Source of the DNA: Desulfatiglandales bacterium
GTDB lineage: Bacteria > Desulfobacterota > DSM-4660 > Desulfatiglandales > HGW-15
DNA length: 64,000 nucleotides
NCBI GenBank assembly: GCA_963667015.2
Contig: CAXXJJ010000004.1
Span: 352,001 to 416,000 of the forward strand
Reading direction: 5' to 3'
Shown: positions 23,158 through 32,704 of the stretch, piece after piece
Layout of the letters: every line of letters begins with the position of its first letter
How positions within the stretch are numbered: position 1 is the stretch's first letter
Made by a program: the position numbers and the translations under genes
The notes under the pieces: model-generated
What the model was told of the DNA's origin: nothing
Databases searched by the model: none
What the model saw: only the letters and a program-made list of their open reading frames with translations

Positions 23158-26100
23158 ATGAGTATTCAGGATGACGAAACTTTGAGACTTTATGTTGAAG
23201 AATCAATTGAACATCTAGCAGATATTGAAAACGATTTACTTGCCATTGAGAATGCAGGCGCTGAAATAGATGAAGAACTTGTAAACAAGGTTTTTCGAGC
23301 TGCCCATTCAATAAAGGGCGGGGCAGGTTTCATGGGATTGAATAATATCAAGGAATTATCCCATAAAATGGAAAATGTACTTGGTATGATCCGTGAAAGA
23401 GAGATGGTTCCCAATTCAGAGATAGTCAATATTCTGCTTCTGGCCTCTGATACCCTGAGAAACCTGTTAGATAATGTAGAAAGCAGTAACGGTATGGATA
23501 TTGATGAACATGTCAATGCTCTTATTGCCCTTACCTCAAATGTCATGCCTGAACCGGTTGCAGAAGCACAGAATAAGGAAATTGATATTATTTTTGATGA
23601 CGGGAGAATGGTCTTTACTGTATCCGTTTCGGATCTCGCCAGTTCAAGAAAAAAGGGACAGTTTATATACCTTGCGGAGTTTGATCTGGTAGGTGATATA
23701 GATAAAAAAGGGCTTAATACGGCCGAACTGTTAAAGAGACTGAGCGAAAGCGGAACAGTTCTTTCTACAGAGGTCGATGTTCAATCAGTGGGAAACCTTG
23801 ATAATTTTTCAGATTCAAGCAGATTACCCTTCCTGGTGCTTTTTGGGACTATTCTCGAACCGGAAATGATAAATGCCCTCTTTGATGTGGACGAGGAGAA
23901 TATATATCTATTAGGCAAAGATAATACATTTAAGAGTCTGGGTGAAGGGATACAGGAATTCGCTGCCGCTGAAGATGAATACATTGCCCCTCCGCTAAAA
24001 GGGGCTCCAATAGATACAGATATTCAGGAAGAAGAGCCGGTGGATTATTCTCCTGTTCAAACAACACCGGATATTTCCACAGAACCTGCTGTGCCCAAAG
24101 AGACTGATTCTCAGAGTGCAGCCGCTGCAAAGGGCGGTGACTCAAGTCTTAGGGTAAATGTAAGTCTTCTGGACTCACTAATGACCCTGGCAGGTGAACT
24201 TGTTCTTGGAAGGAATCAGTTGCTTCAGGCTATCGGTCAAAAGGATTTAAGGTCAATAGACGGAACAGGGCAGAGACTGGATCTCATAACATCAGAGATT
24301 CAGGAAGCAATAATGATGACCCGTATGCAGCCAATTGGTAATGTGTTTAATAAATTTCCCAGGGTTGTCAGAGACCTTGCACGGACTCTTAATAAAGACG
24401 TCAAATTGACAATTGAAGGTGAAGGGGTCGAACTGGATAAAACTATCCTTGAGGCCATAAATGATCCCCTTACCCATCTTGTAAGAAATTCCGTTGATCA
24501 TGGTATTGAAAAACCAGCGGACAGACAAAAGACCGGTAAAGATCCGGTTGGTCATGTTTTTCTTAAGGCTTATCATGAAGCCGGCCAGGTAAATATAGAA
24601 ATACGCGATGATGGAAAAGGAATCAGCCCCGATAAACTTACCAGGATTGCACTTGAAAAAAATCTCATTACAGAGGATCAGGCAATATCAATGTCTGAAA
24701 AGGAAAAGATCAACCTGATCTTTCTTCCCGGTTTTTCAACCGCAGAAAAAGTCAGCGACGTATCCGGTCGTGGTGTTGGAATGGATGTTGTTAAGACCAA
24801 CCTTGATAAGCTTGGCGGGGTGGTTGATATTGAATCTACCATTGGTAAGGGAACTACTATCAAGATCAAACTTCCGCTTACCCTGGCTATTATTCCAAGT
24901 CAGTTAATCAGTGTATGCGGAGAAAGATATGCCATTCCTCAGGTAAATCTTGAAGAGCTTTTCAGGATTCCCGCAAATCAGGTAAAAGATAGAATAGAAA
25001 AGGTTGGAGATGCTGAAGTTGTAAGGTTAAGGGGAAGCCTTCTCCCGCTCATACGGCTCTCGGATGTAATCGGGCTGGAGAGAACATTTTTTGATCAGGC
25101 TGACAAGCTCGTGAAAAAGGACAGGAGAGAAAATATTGCAGACAGAAGAGGTCGTAAGAGTCCTCTTAAAAAGGCAAAGAAGGATGATGAAATCATCAGG
25201 ATGATAAATAAAAAGGATGAAGACATAAGCCTGAATGAAACAGAGTCTCCCGATGAAATTGATAAAAGAAGGGATCTTAGAGATCGCAGATACCATGCAA
25301 CTAGTGCAGTGAATATTGTAGTTGTTTACACCGGGGCATTAAAATACGGACTTGTAGTAGATGAACTGTTCGACTCTGAAGAAATCGTTGTTAAACCTCT
25401 TGGGAGACACCTTAAGCACTGCAAGGCATACGCCGGAGCAACTATTATGGGTGATGGCAGGGTAGCCCTTATTCTTGATGTGGCAGGTATATCCCAGATG
25501 GCAAACCTGACATCAATGGAAGGAACAGAAAGAGCAATGCAGGTTGCCAAAGAGCAGAGATTGAAGAGTCAGCAGGATATTCAATCTCTTCTGATTTTCA
25601 GGAATGCCGAAGATGAGCAGTTTGCAGTTCCATTAGGTCTTGTAGAAAGAGTGGAGAAGATAAAGCGATCCTCAATAGAAAATGTTGGGGGAAAAAATGT
25701 TATTCAATACAGAGGCTCCAGTCTTCCACTTTTTGCAATCGAACAGGTAGCCGATGTAAAACCACGGGCGGATAAAGAAGATCTTCTTGTTATAGTTTTC
25801 TCAATAGGCGGGAGAGATATCGGACTTCTTGCTACTCCTCCGCTTGATGCAACAGAAGAAGCTCTGAATGTTGATGATATGACCTTAAAACAAACCGGGA
25901 TTATGGGATCTGCAATTATCGGTAATCAAACAACTCTTATGGTAAATATATTCGGGATTGTGGAATCATTAAATCCGCACTGGTTTGATAAAAAAGAAAC
26001 AGTTATGGTTTCCGACAATAAGGCCGCTACTGTTCTATATGCCGAAGATTCAAATTTTTTCAGAAGCCAGGTAATGGAATACCTGAAAGAAGATGGATAT

Positions 26101-26400
26101 AATGTGCTTGAGGCAGAAGATGGTGTTATAGCCTATGATCTAATAGGAAAACATATCGATGAAATATCTCTGGTTATCACTGATATAGAAATGCCCAATA
26201 TGGACGGTTTTGAATTAACCTCAAAGATTAAGGGAAATGAAAGATTTAAACATTTGCCGGTTATAGCCCTTACAACAATGGCCAGTGATGATGATATTTC
26301 AAGAGGTCGTGCCGTAGGTATTGATGACTACCAGATAAAACTGGATAAGGAAAAATTAATGAAAAGTGTTTACAAGCATCTTAAAACGGCAGGGCATTAA
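23158..26400 (+). CDS. cheA: Hybrid chemotaxis kinase CheA (Hpt, P2-like, dimerisation, HATPase, two CheW domains, REC)
   Basis: FRAAHSIKGG, LTHLVRNSVDHGIE, DDGKG, PGFST, SGRGVGMDVV, LPLTLAI; two CheW-like domains; C-terminal TDIEMPNMDG. Start placed at ATG 23158 after GGAGG. Confidence 0.97.
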   Translation: MSIQDDETLRLYVEESIEHLADIENDLLAIENAGAEIDEELVNKVFRAAHSIKGGAGFMGLNNIKELSHKMENVLGMIREREMVPNSEIVNILLLASDTLRNLLDNVESSNGMDIDEHVNALIALTSNVMPEPVAEAQNKEIDIIFDDGRMVFTVSVSDLASSRKKGQFIYLAEFDLVGDIDKKGLNTAELLKRLSESGTVLSTEVDVQSVGNLDNFSDSSRLPFLVLFGTILEPEMINALFDVDEENIYLLGKDNTFKSLGEGIQEFAAAEDEYIAPPLKGAPIDTDIQEEEPVDYSPVQTTPDISTEPAVPKETDSQSAAAAKGGDSSLRVNVSLLDSLMTLAGELVLGRNQLLQAIGQKDLRSIDGTGQRLDLITSEIQEAIMMTRMQPIGNVFNKFPRVVRDLARTLNKDVKLTIEGEGVELDKTILEAINDPLTHLVRNSVDHGIEKPADRQKTGKDPVGHVFLKAYHEAGQVNIEIRDDGKGISPDKLTRIALEKNLITEDQAISMSEKEKINLIFLPGFSTAEKVSDVSGRGVGMDVVKTNLDKLGGVVDIESTIGKGTTIKIKLPLTLAIIPSQLISVCGERYAIPQVNLEELFRIPANQVKDRIEKVGDAEVVRLRGSLLPLIRLSDVIGLERTFFDQADKLVKKDRRENIADRRGRKSPLKKAKKDDEIIRMINKKDEDISLNETESPDEIDKRRDLRDRRYHATSAVNIVVVYTGALKYGLVVDELFDSEEIVVKPLGRHLKHCKAYAGATIMGDGRVALILDVAGISQMANLTSMEGTERAMQVAKEQRLKSQQDIQSLLIFRNAEDEQFAVPLGLVERVEKIKRSSIENVGGKNVIQYRGSSLPLFAIEQVADVKPRADKEDLLVIVFSIGGRDIGLLATPPLDATEEALNVDDMTLKQTGIMGSAIIGNQTTLMVNIFGIVESLNPHWFDKKETVMVSDNKAATVLYAEDSNFFRSQVMEYLKEDGYNVLEAEDGVIAYDLIGKHIDEISLVITDIEMPNMDGFELTSKIKGNERFKHLPVIALTTMASDDDISRGRAVGIDDYQIKLDKEKLMKSVYKHLKTAGH

Positions 26401-26481
26401 TTTCAGAAGTTTATCGCATGACATGGTTTTTAAAAACATCAGGGAATGATACCGGGGTGTTGAAACAGGAGGTAAGAATAA

Positions 26482-26955
26482 ATGGCAAGTCAGGCAGACA
26501 ATAAACAGGCAGGAAATAAAACAGTTGAACTGGCAACATTTTATGTTGGTGATGCACTGTGTGGAATGGATATATTAAAGGTGCAGGAAATTAATAAACT
26601 TCTTGAAATGACAGAGGTTCCGCTTGCACCTGACTATGTGAAGGGAATACTCAATTTAAGGGGACAAATCGTAACAGTCATTGATCTGGGAAATAAATTG
26701 AGTCTTTCTGAGACAACGACAAGTGGAGAAACCAGAAATATTATTGTTAATTCCAATGGCGAATACATCGGCCTTCTTGTTGATAAAATAGGAGATGTTG
26801 AACGAACAGATGAACAAGATATAGAACCCCCTCCGGCAAATATTGGAGGGATTCAGGGGAAATTTTTTGAAGGTGTTTTTAAGAAAGAAAACAGCCTGAT
26901 AGGAATACTTAATGTGGAAGAGGTCCTTAAAGAGGATAATACTCAGACTCTGTAG
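26482..26955 (+). CDS. cheW: Chemotaxis coupling protein CheW
   Basis: ILKVQEI, VPLAPDYVKGILNLRGQIVTVIDL, GLLVD. Confidence 0.97.
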   Translation: MASQADNKQAGNKTVELATFYVGDALCGMDILKVQEINKLLEMTEVPLAPDYVKGILNLRGQIVTVIDLGNKLSLSETTTSGETRNIIVNSNGEYIGLLVDKIGDVERTDEQDIEPPPANIGGIQGKFFEGVFKKENSLIGILNVEEVLKEDNTQTL

Positions 26956-27030
26956 ACCGTTTCAATGAGGTATTCATTGGCAATATTTCAATCCTATGAG
27001 AGATTGAACTAAAAGGAATTACAATATTTA

Positions 27031-28134
27031 ATGGAAAAAAATCCTGTAAGAATACTTGTAGTAGATGATACAGTAGTTTATCGAAAAACTGTAAGTGATG
27101 TACTTGCTGAAATACCTGATGTTGAAGTAGTCGGGACCGCAAATAATGGCAGAATTGCCATGATGAAGATTGCATCACTCAAACCGGATCTTCTTACCCT
27201 TGATATTGAAATGCCTGAAATGAACGGGCTTGATGTTTTAAGGTCAATCAGGACAGAGGCTCCCGATGTGGGCGCCATTGTTTTAAGTACATTAACCCAT
27301 AAGGGCGGAGACCTGACAATAAAAGCACTTGAGCTGGGTGCCTTTGATTATATAACCAAACCTGAAACGGGCAGTATCGAAGAAAGCAAGCAGTCAATAA
27401 AGAAAAGCCTTGCCCTTTTAATAAAGAGTTTTTCCAGACATCTGGAGATGAAAAAAATTCTCAGAGGTGGAAATTACAGTTCAAAATACCAGTATACCGA
27501 TGTTCAACCCAAGAGTATCAGCTCTTCCACTGTAAAGAAATCCAGAAAGGCAAAGGCTGAAATTATCGGTATCGGCGTGTCAACCGGAGGTCCAAAGGCT
27601 CTTACGGAAATGATGCCCAGGATACCGGCAAACATTAATGTTCCTATCCTGATTGTACAGCATATGCCGCCTTTATTTACAAGTTCACTGGCAAAAAGTC
27701 TTGATTCCCACTGCGCTATTGAAGTTAAGGAAGCAGAGGATGGTGAGGTTTTAAGGCCCAATACAGCCTTTATTGCCCCAGGTGGGACACAGATGAAAGT
27801 GGTTGCCAGTGCTGATGGATTAAACAGAATTTTAAGAATAACTGATGACCCCCCTGAGAACAGCTGTAAACCATCTGTAGATTATTTATTCCGCTCTATT
27901 GCCGAACATTATGTCGGGAGATCTACCGGAGTTATTATGACGGGAATGGGATCTGACGGGACAGAGGGTCTAAAGATGATGAAAAGAAACGGATCATTTA
28001 TAATTGCACAGGATGAACCAACCTGTGTTGTATTTGGCATGCCCAAGAAGCCTATCGATGAAGGTATTGTGGATGTTATTGCGCCTCTTGACAGATTAGC
28101 CGATGAAATATGTAACAGCGTGAAATCAGTATAG
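27031..28134 (+). CDS. cheB: Chemotaxis methylesterase CheB (REC plus esterase)
   Basis: Catalytic triad motifs STGGP, QHMP and GMGSDG; KPSVDYLF; N-terminal REC domain. Confidence 0.98.
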   Translation: MEKNPVRILVVDDTVVYRKTVSDVLAEIPDVEVVGTANNGRIAMMKIASLKPDLLTLDIEMPEMNGLDVLRSIRTEAPDVGAIVLSTLTHKGGDLTIKALELGAFDYITKPETGSIEESKQSIKKSLALLIKSFSRHLEMKKILRGGNYSSKYQYTDVQPKSISSSTVKKSRKAKAEIIGIGVSTGGPKALTEMMPRIPANINVPILIVQHMPPLFTSSLAKSLDSHCAIEVKEAEDGEVLRPNTAFIAPGGTQMKVVASADGLNRILRITDDPPENSCKPSVDYLFRSIAEHYVGRSTGVIMTGMGSDGTEGLKMMKRNGSFIIAQDEPTCVVFGMPKKPIDEGIVDVIAPLDRLADEICNSVKSV

Positions 28135-28181
28135 AATGATATGATATATGTGCCGGTAGATCAAAAGGACAGCATTAACTC

Positions 28182-29027
28182 ATGATCAAAATAACCCCAA
28201 ACGAGATCAAAGTAATCTCAAAATATATTTATGATATCTCGGGTATCTTTCTGGATGAAAAAAAGGCCTATCTTATCGAAACCAGACTGAAGATGATCAT
28301 TGAAAATGAAGGTGTCTCCTCATATCTTGAACTTTACCGGAAGGCAATATCCGACATAAGTAAACAACTGGAAAGAAAAATAATCGATGCGGTAACTACC
28401 AATGAAACCCTGTTTTTCAGAGATTCCTCACCTTTTGAGATGTTTAAGCATAAGGTAATGCCAGACCTGATTGATAAAAGAACTGCACAAACATCCGGAC
28501 TTTTACCTATAAATATAAGGATATGGAGTGCTGCCTGTTCTACGGGACAGGAAATTTACAGCCTTGCTATTATTTTAAAGGGGCTGCTCCCTGACCCTAA
28601 TAAATATAGAATCAAGCTGCTTGGAACCGACATCTCTGATGAGGCTGTTGCCAAAGCAAGTTATGGTAAATACAATAAATTTGAGATAGAACGTGGTCTT
28701 GATAAGGATACACTGAACAGATATTTCCTGGAACATGAGAATTCCTGGAAGATCAGGGATGATATCAGGGCTATGGCAGTTTTTCAAAAACGTAATTTGA
28801 TGCAGCCCTTTACCGGAATAGGCCAGTTCGATATTATTTTCTGCCGTAATGTAGCAATATATTTCAGTCTTGAGGATAAGAAAAAACTTTTTGAAAAAAT
28901 TGCAAGCGTTCTTGCCCCGGACGGATATCTTATTATCGGATCAACTGAGTCACTCACAGGTATATGCCCCCAGTTTGAACCGCAGAGACATTTGAGGTCT
29001 GTATTTTATCAGTTGAAATCACTTTAG
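28182..29027 (+). CDS. cheR: Chemotaxis methyltransferase CheR
   Basis: TTNETLFFRD, IWSAACSTGQE.YS, GTDIS, FDIIFCRNV. Confidence 0.98.
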   Translation: MIKITPNEIKVISKYIYDISGIFLDEKKAYLIETRLKMIIENEGVSSYLELYRKAISDISKQLERKIIDAVTTNETLFFRDSSPFEMFKHKVMPDLIDKRTAQTSGLLPINIRIWSAACSTGQEIYSLAIILKGLLPDPNKYRIKLLGTDISDEAVAKASYGKYNKFEIERGLDKDTLNRYFLEHENSWKIRDDIRAMAVFQKRNLMQPFTGIGQFDIIFCRNVAIYFSLEDKKKLFEKIASVLAPDGYLIIGSTESLTGICPQFEPQRHLRSVFYQLKSL

Positions 29028-29050
29028 TTTTTGTTGCATCATTCCGATAT
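29024..29050 (+). promoter_or_regulatory. Possible sigma28 promoter for the M23 peptidase gene
   Basis: TTAG-N15-TCCGATAT, overlapping the cheR stop codon. Confidence 0.5.
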
Positions 29051-29057
29051 GTTAAAT

Positions 29058-29954
29058 ATGAAAGCTACAAAGTCATACATAATTTGGATGCCTAAAAATG
29101 GCACAGGAAAGTCTCGACAAATTATAATCAGGCCGGGATATTTAGTCGCACTGGCAATAGCCCTGATTGTATCCGTTCTCTCAATACCTTTTTTTCAGAA
29201 TCATATCTTCTCATTAAATCAAAAGATTGCATTTCTCGATAACAAAAGTAGAGAGATGAAAGCCGAAATATCCAACTTGAGATACCTTAAACAAAATCTT
29301 GCACGTATAGAAGACAAAGACAGACAGTTAAACGAATATTTCGGAATAGAGAAAATGTCCGCCGGATCAAATGAAGGGCTGTTGGGGCAGGGTGGTGCGT
29401 CTGATATGTCCGAATACCTGGAACTTGATAATACAGGAAATAATCCAGCTGATAGCTATTTGCCGGCTCATCTGGATAGCCTGGAATCAGATTTTAAGAA
29501 ATTTGAAAAATTACTGAAAGCCAAAGAAACGATTCAGGATTATACACCCAACATCATACCCGTTGATAAAAAAGGAATCCACCTGTCATCAGGTTTCGGA
29601 TGGAGAGCTAATCCCTTTACAAAAAGGAAAGAATTTCATGCCGCCATTGATATTGCAGGTAACTGGGGAACAAAGATAATTGCACCGGCTAATGGTATCG
29701 TTTTGAAAACAGGACATGACAAGCGGCTTGGAAATTATATAGTTCTCAGACATTCAGAACAGATCAAAACCATATTTGGACATTTGAGCAATGTTGCTGT
29801 GAAAGATGGAGAGGAAATCTTCCGTGGAGAAAAAATCGGTCTTATGGGTAATTCCGGCCTGTCAACAAGCAGTCATTTGCATTATATGATAGTAAAAGAC
29901 GGCAGGGCCGTTAATCCTCTGGAATATATCCTGGATGTAAGTGAGAAATTATGA
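29058..29954 (+). CDS. M23 family metallopeptidase with N-terminal TM helix and coiled coil (start uncertain)
   Basis: SSGFGWR.NPF, HAAIDIA (HxxxD), GHL, GNSGLSTSSHLHY, NPLEY. Confidence 0.92.
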   Translation: MKATKSYIIWMPKNGTGKSRQIIIRPGYLVALAIALIVSVLSIPFFQNHIFSLNQKIAFLDNKSREMKAEISNLRYLKQNLARIEDKDRQLNEYFGIEKMSAGSNEGLLGQGGASDMSEYLELDNTGNNPADSYLPAHLDSLESDFKKFEKLLKAKETIQDYTPNIIPVDKKGIHLSSGFGWRANPFTKRKEFHAAIDIAGNWGTKIIAPANGIVLKTGHDKRLGNYIVLRHSEQIKTIFGHLSNVAVKDGEEIFRGEKIGLMGNSGLSTSSHLHYMIVKDGRAVNPLEYILDVSEKL

Positions 29955-30610
29955 TCTACTTTTCTAAAGCCTTTACGAAAAGAGCTCTGTTCTCTTCTTT
30001 TATTTTTGTCGTTTATATCCTAATATCAGAGACTGCTTTTTGTTCAACATTTCCTTTTGATGAATATGCTGTTTTTTGCAGTTACTTCAAGCTAAGCGGA
30101 GACACTCCATCGGATCAGGATGTTGAAGAATTATGCTTCTCCTTTAACAGGCCGATCTATACATCCTTTAAACCTTCGGAAATGTTTACAAAGAAAAGTT
30201 TATTGAAAGAAAAAAACAGAATTGGTGAAATAATTACATCAATTAACCTTGAATCTGATTTTATATGGAAAGTTAAATGTAATTTAACTAATAAAAAAGA
30301 TATCGATAGATGTTTCAGTATGTCTTCAATAAATGAGAGGCTTCCTCAGGCAACGCCATATATCAACTCAAAGATTTCCGGTAAAGATCAACGCCAGATA
30401 AAAAAGGCGATTTCCTCATTATTTAAAACCCATTCCGAAAATATTAAGATGAAGGATGTCGAAATAATAATCACATTAAAACCGGAAAAATCCGAATACG
30501 AATATCAAAAAAGAAATATCGTAGAACAGAATGTTGTTCTTCCTATAAGGTATGTCATTTTTCGGCCTACAAAAGTCCAGATACTTGACGAATTAGAGAA
30601 GATCAACTAA
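29951..30610 (+). CDS. Hypothetical exported protein
   Basis: 219 aa ORF with a hydrophobic signal-like N-terminus; 4-nt ATGA overlap with the M23 gene; no recognised motif. Confidence 0.7.
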   Translation: MIYFSKAFTKRALFSSFIFVVYILISETAFCSTFPFDEYAVFCSYFKLSGDTPSDQDVEELCFSFNRPIYTSFKPSEMFTKKSLLKEKNRIGEIITSINLESDFIWKVKCNLTNKKDIDRCFSMSSINERLPQATPYINSKISGKDQRQIKKAISSLFKTHSENIKMKDVEIIITLKPEKSEYEYQKRNIVEQNVVLPIRYVIFRPTKVQILDELEKIN

Positions 30611-30701
30611 CGCGTCATTTGATGAGGGCAGATGGCTCTGGTTGATTGACTCTAACTGTCTGAATTAATTAGGGTTAAAAAATAGTTTATTGGTGTTGTT
30701 T

Positions 30702-30717
30702 TGGTATATATTTTGCT
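30702..30717 (+). promoter_or_regulatory. sigma54 promoter for cheZ-cheY
   Basis: TGGTATATATTTTGCT (GG-N10-GC), about 55 nt upstream of the ATG. Confidence 0.7.
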
Positions 30718-30770
30718 AGTTTGTCTAGTATAAAATAATTTACTGTGATTAGAAGTTGGAGGATATTTTA

Positions 30771-31847
30771 ATGGGCAATGTGTTAATGGGTGACCTTGAT
30801 GGGAAAACAGAACGAATAGCCTTTGATACACATGAGATTGAGCAGGTAATAACCAAATATAAGGCCAGTATCGTTTCGGGAAATGATAAGTATGATTATA
30901 TAGAGTATGAAGGGAAGGTTTTTCCTGTTCAGGGAATGCAGGATAAGGAAAATATTAAGCCCTATTTTATTGTTTTGAAATCAGGGACAGCTTATAATGT
31001 CAGCGACTATCAACTGCTTTTTAATACTGAGGAACTTCCTAACAGCCTCCTGTCCGGTATAGATACATCAGGAAAAAAGTTTCTCTGCCATAGATATATA
31101 AATGGTAGTCATAGAGAAGAGTTGGCAGGACATCCAGTAGTTAAAGCCGAAAATCTTACGACCGATGAAACAGAAGACATAAAAGATGTTATCAGCAAAT
31201 TGAGAAAAGGGGAATTCTTTGAGTTGTTGACCATGGAATTTTCCGACAAGATAAAGGGAATAGCCAAGGAACTAATTGATTTCAGAAAAGATATCCAGAC
31301 CAGAATTGAGCCTGATATAGTTGAATTAGCCTCAAGAGATATTCCTGAGGCGAGCAATCAACTTGAGGGGATAAACGAAACCCTTGAAGAGAGCACTATG
31401 CGAATTATGGATATCAATGATGCTCAGATGGATGCGGCAAATACACGATGCAGAGTGCTGGAACAATTACTCGAAAAGCAGGGTGAAGGAGATCTTACAA
31501 TAGGCATCAGCCTTGAAGAAGCCATGGAGGCGCTGGTTGCTCAAATAGATTTTTTAAAGGAAGTTGAACAGCGATCTCTTAACATGATGGAACCTTTAAG
31601 TTTCCAGGACCTGGTAGGGCAGCGTATACAAAGGATCATCAATCTGGTCAGGTCAATGGAAATAAAGATAGAAGAACTGATAGTTTCGTTTGGAATAAAA
31701 TTAAAGAAATATAAAGAAGACCCTGAAATAACATATGAAGAGTTGAATAAAGATGTTGATGAGTTCATGTATGAATTAAAAGGTCCTCAGAGGGCAGGGG
31801 AAGGACTTGATCAGAAAGCTATAGATGATCTTCTTAACAGTCTATAA
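30771..31847 (+). CDS. cheZ: CheZ-family phosphatase with an extra N-terminal domain
   Basis: IPEASNQL...LEESTMRIMD, SFQDLVGQRI (catalytic DxxxQ), C-terminal DQKAIDDLLNSL. Start at ATG 30771 after GGAGG. Confidence 0.88.
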   Translation: MGNVLMGDLDGKTERIAFDTHEIEQVITKYKASIVSGNDKYDYIEYEGKVFPVQGMQDKENIKPYFIVLKSGTAYNVSDYQLLFNTEELPNSLLSGIDTSGKKFLCHRYINGSHREELAGHPVVKAENLTTDETEDIKDVISKLRKGEFFELLTMEFSDKIKGIAKELIDFRKDIQTRIEPDIVELASRDIPEASNQLEGINETLEESTMRIMDINDAQMDAANTRCRVLEQLLEKQGEGDLTIGISLEEAMEALVAQIDFLKEVEQRSLNMMEPLSFQDLVGQRIQRIINLVRSMEIKIEELIVSFGIKLKKYKEDPEITYEELNKDVDEFMYELKGPQRAGEGLDQKAIDDLLNSL

Positions 31848-31919
31848 TTGAACGATAAAATATAAAGCGGATATTGCAGCTTTTTCACAATATAATAAAG
31901 AAGATATGGAGGATATGAT

Positions 31920-32297
31920 ATGGGATTTGATACGTCAATTAAAGTTTTGGTAGTAGATGATTTTGCCACGATGAGAAGAATTGTTAAAGGGGTTCTTAAG
32001 CAGCTCGGCTTTAATGATATTATAGAGGCAGAAGATGGCCAACTGGCACTTAAGGAGCTTCAAAAAGAGAAAGTAGGTTTAATTGTCTCTGACTGGAATA
32101 TGCCTAATATGACAGGATTGGACCTCTTAAAGGCCGTAAGGGCAGATGCTAAACTTAAGGATACTCCATTTCTTATGGTGACCGCTGAGGGGCAGAAAGA
32201 GAATGTTGTACAGGCCGTCCAGGCCGGTGTAAGTAATTACATTGTAAAACCTTTTACACCTGAGACATTCAGTGCCAAACTCGCGAAGATATTCTAA
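31920..32297 (+). CDS. cheY: Chemotaxis response regulator CheY
   Basis: VVDDFATMRRIV, SDWNMPNMTG, MVTAE, YIVKPF. Confidence 0.97.
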   Translation: MGFDTSIKVLVVDDFATMRRIVKGVLKQLGFNDIIEAEDGQLALKELQKEKVGLIVSDWNMPNMTGLDLLKAVRADAKLKDTPFLMVTAEGQKENVVQAVQAGVSNYIVKPFTPETFSAKLAKIF

Positions 32298-32332
32298 CAT
32301 TTATGATAAAATCATAATGAAAAATGTACGTG

Positions 32333-32365
32333 AACCGGTTTACTCCAGTGTAAGCCGGTTTTTTT
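32333..32365 (+). terminator. Rho-independent terminator after cheY
   Basis: AACCGGTTTAC-TCCAGT-GTAAGCCGGTT followed by a T run. Confidence 0.8.
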
Positions 32366-32571
32366 CATCTGACATAACTATATCATATAATCTTTCAGGA
32401 AAAAATATTCCGGATGACAGGAAGATTATTCCCTTTTGAGGGTCTTCTATATTATTAATAATAAATTTCTTATTTTCGGCGTTTAATAAAATAATGAGTA
32501 ACCTGTTGATAATACAGGTTGATTAAGCGTTAATGCCCGGTTTGAAAGATTGCTTATGCCGTTAACGGCTA

Positions 32572-32587
32572 TGGCAAGCATATTGCA
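32572..32587 (+). promoter_or_regulatory. sigma54 promoter for the 32705 hypothetical gene
   Basis: TGGCAAGCATATTGCA (GG-N10-GC). Confidence 0.75.
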
Positions 32588-32704
32588 TTAAAATTAAATA
32601 TTAGGATGTAAAGATTCCTGATTATAAGTGTAAATATGATTCCATACAATATCCGGATCTGCATTTACATAAAATAATCATCAAACCGGCAAAGGAGCAA
32701 GGAA

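Noticed and set aside
31829..31858. sigma28-like -10 (AACGATAA) before cheY
   Set aside because: There is no TAAA/TAAG-type -35 at 15-nt spacing, and cheY is adequately explained by the cheZ promoter.
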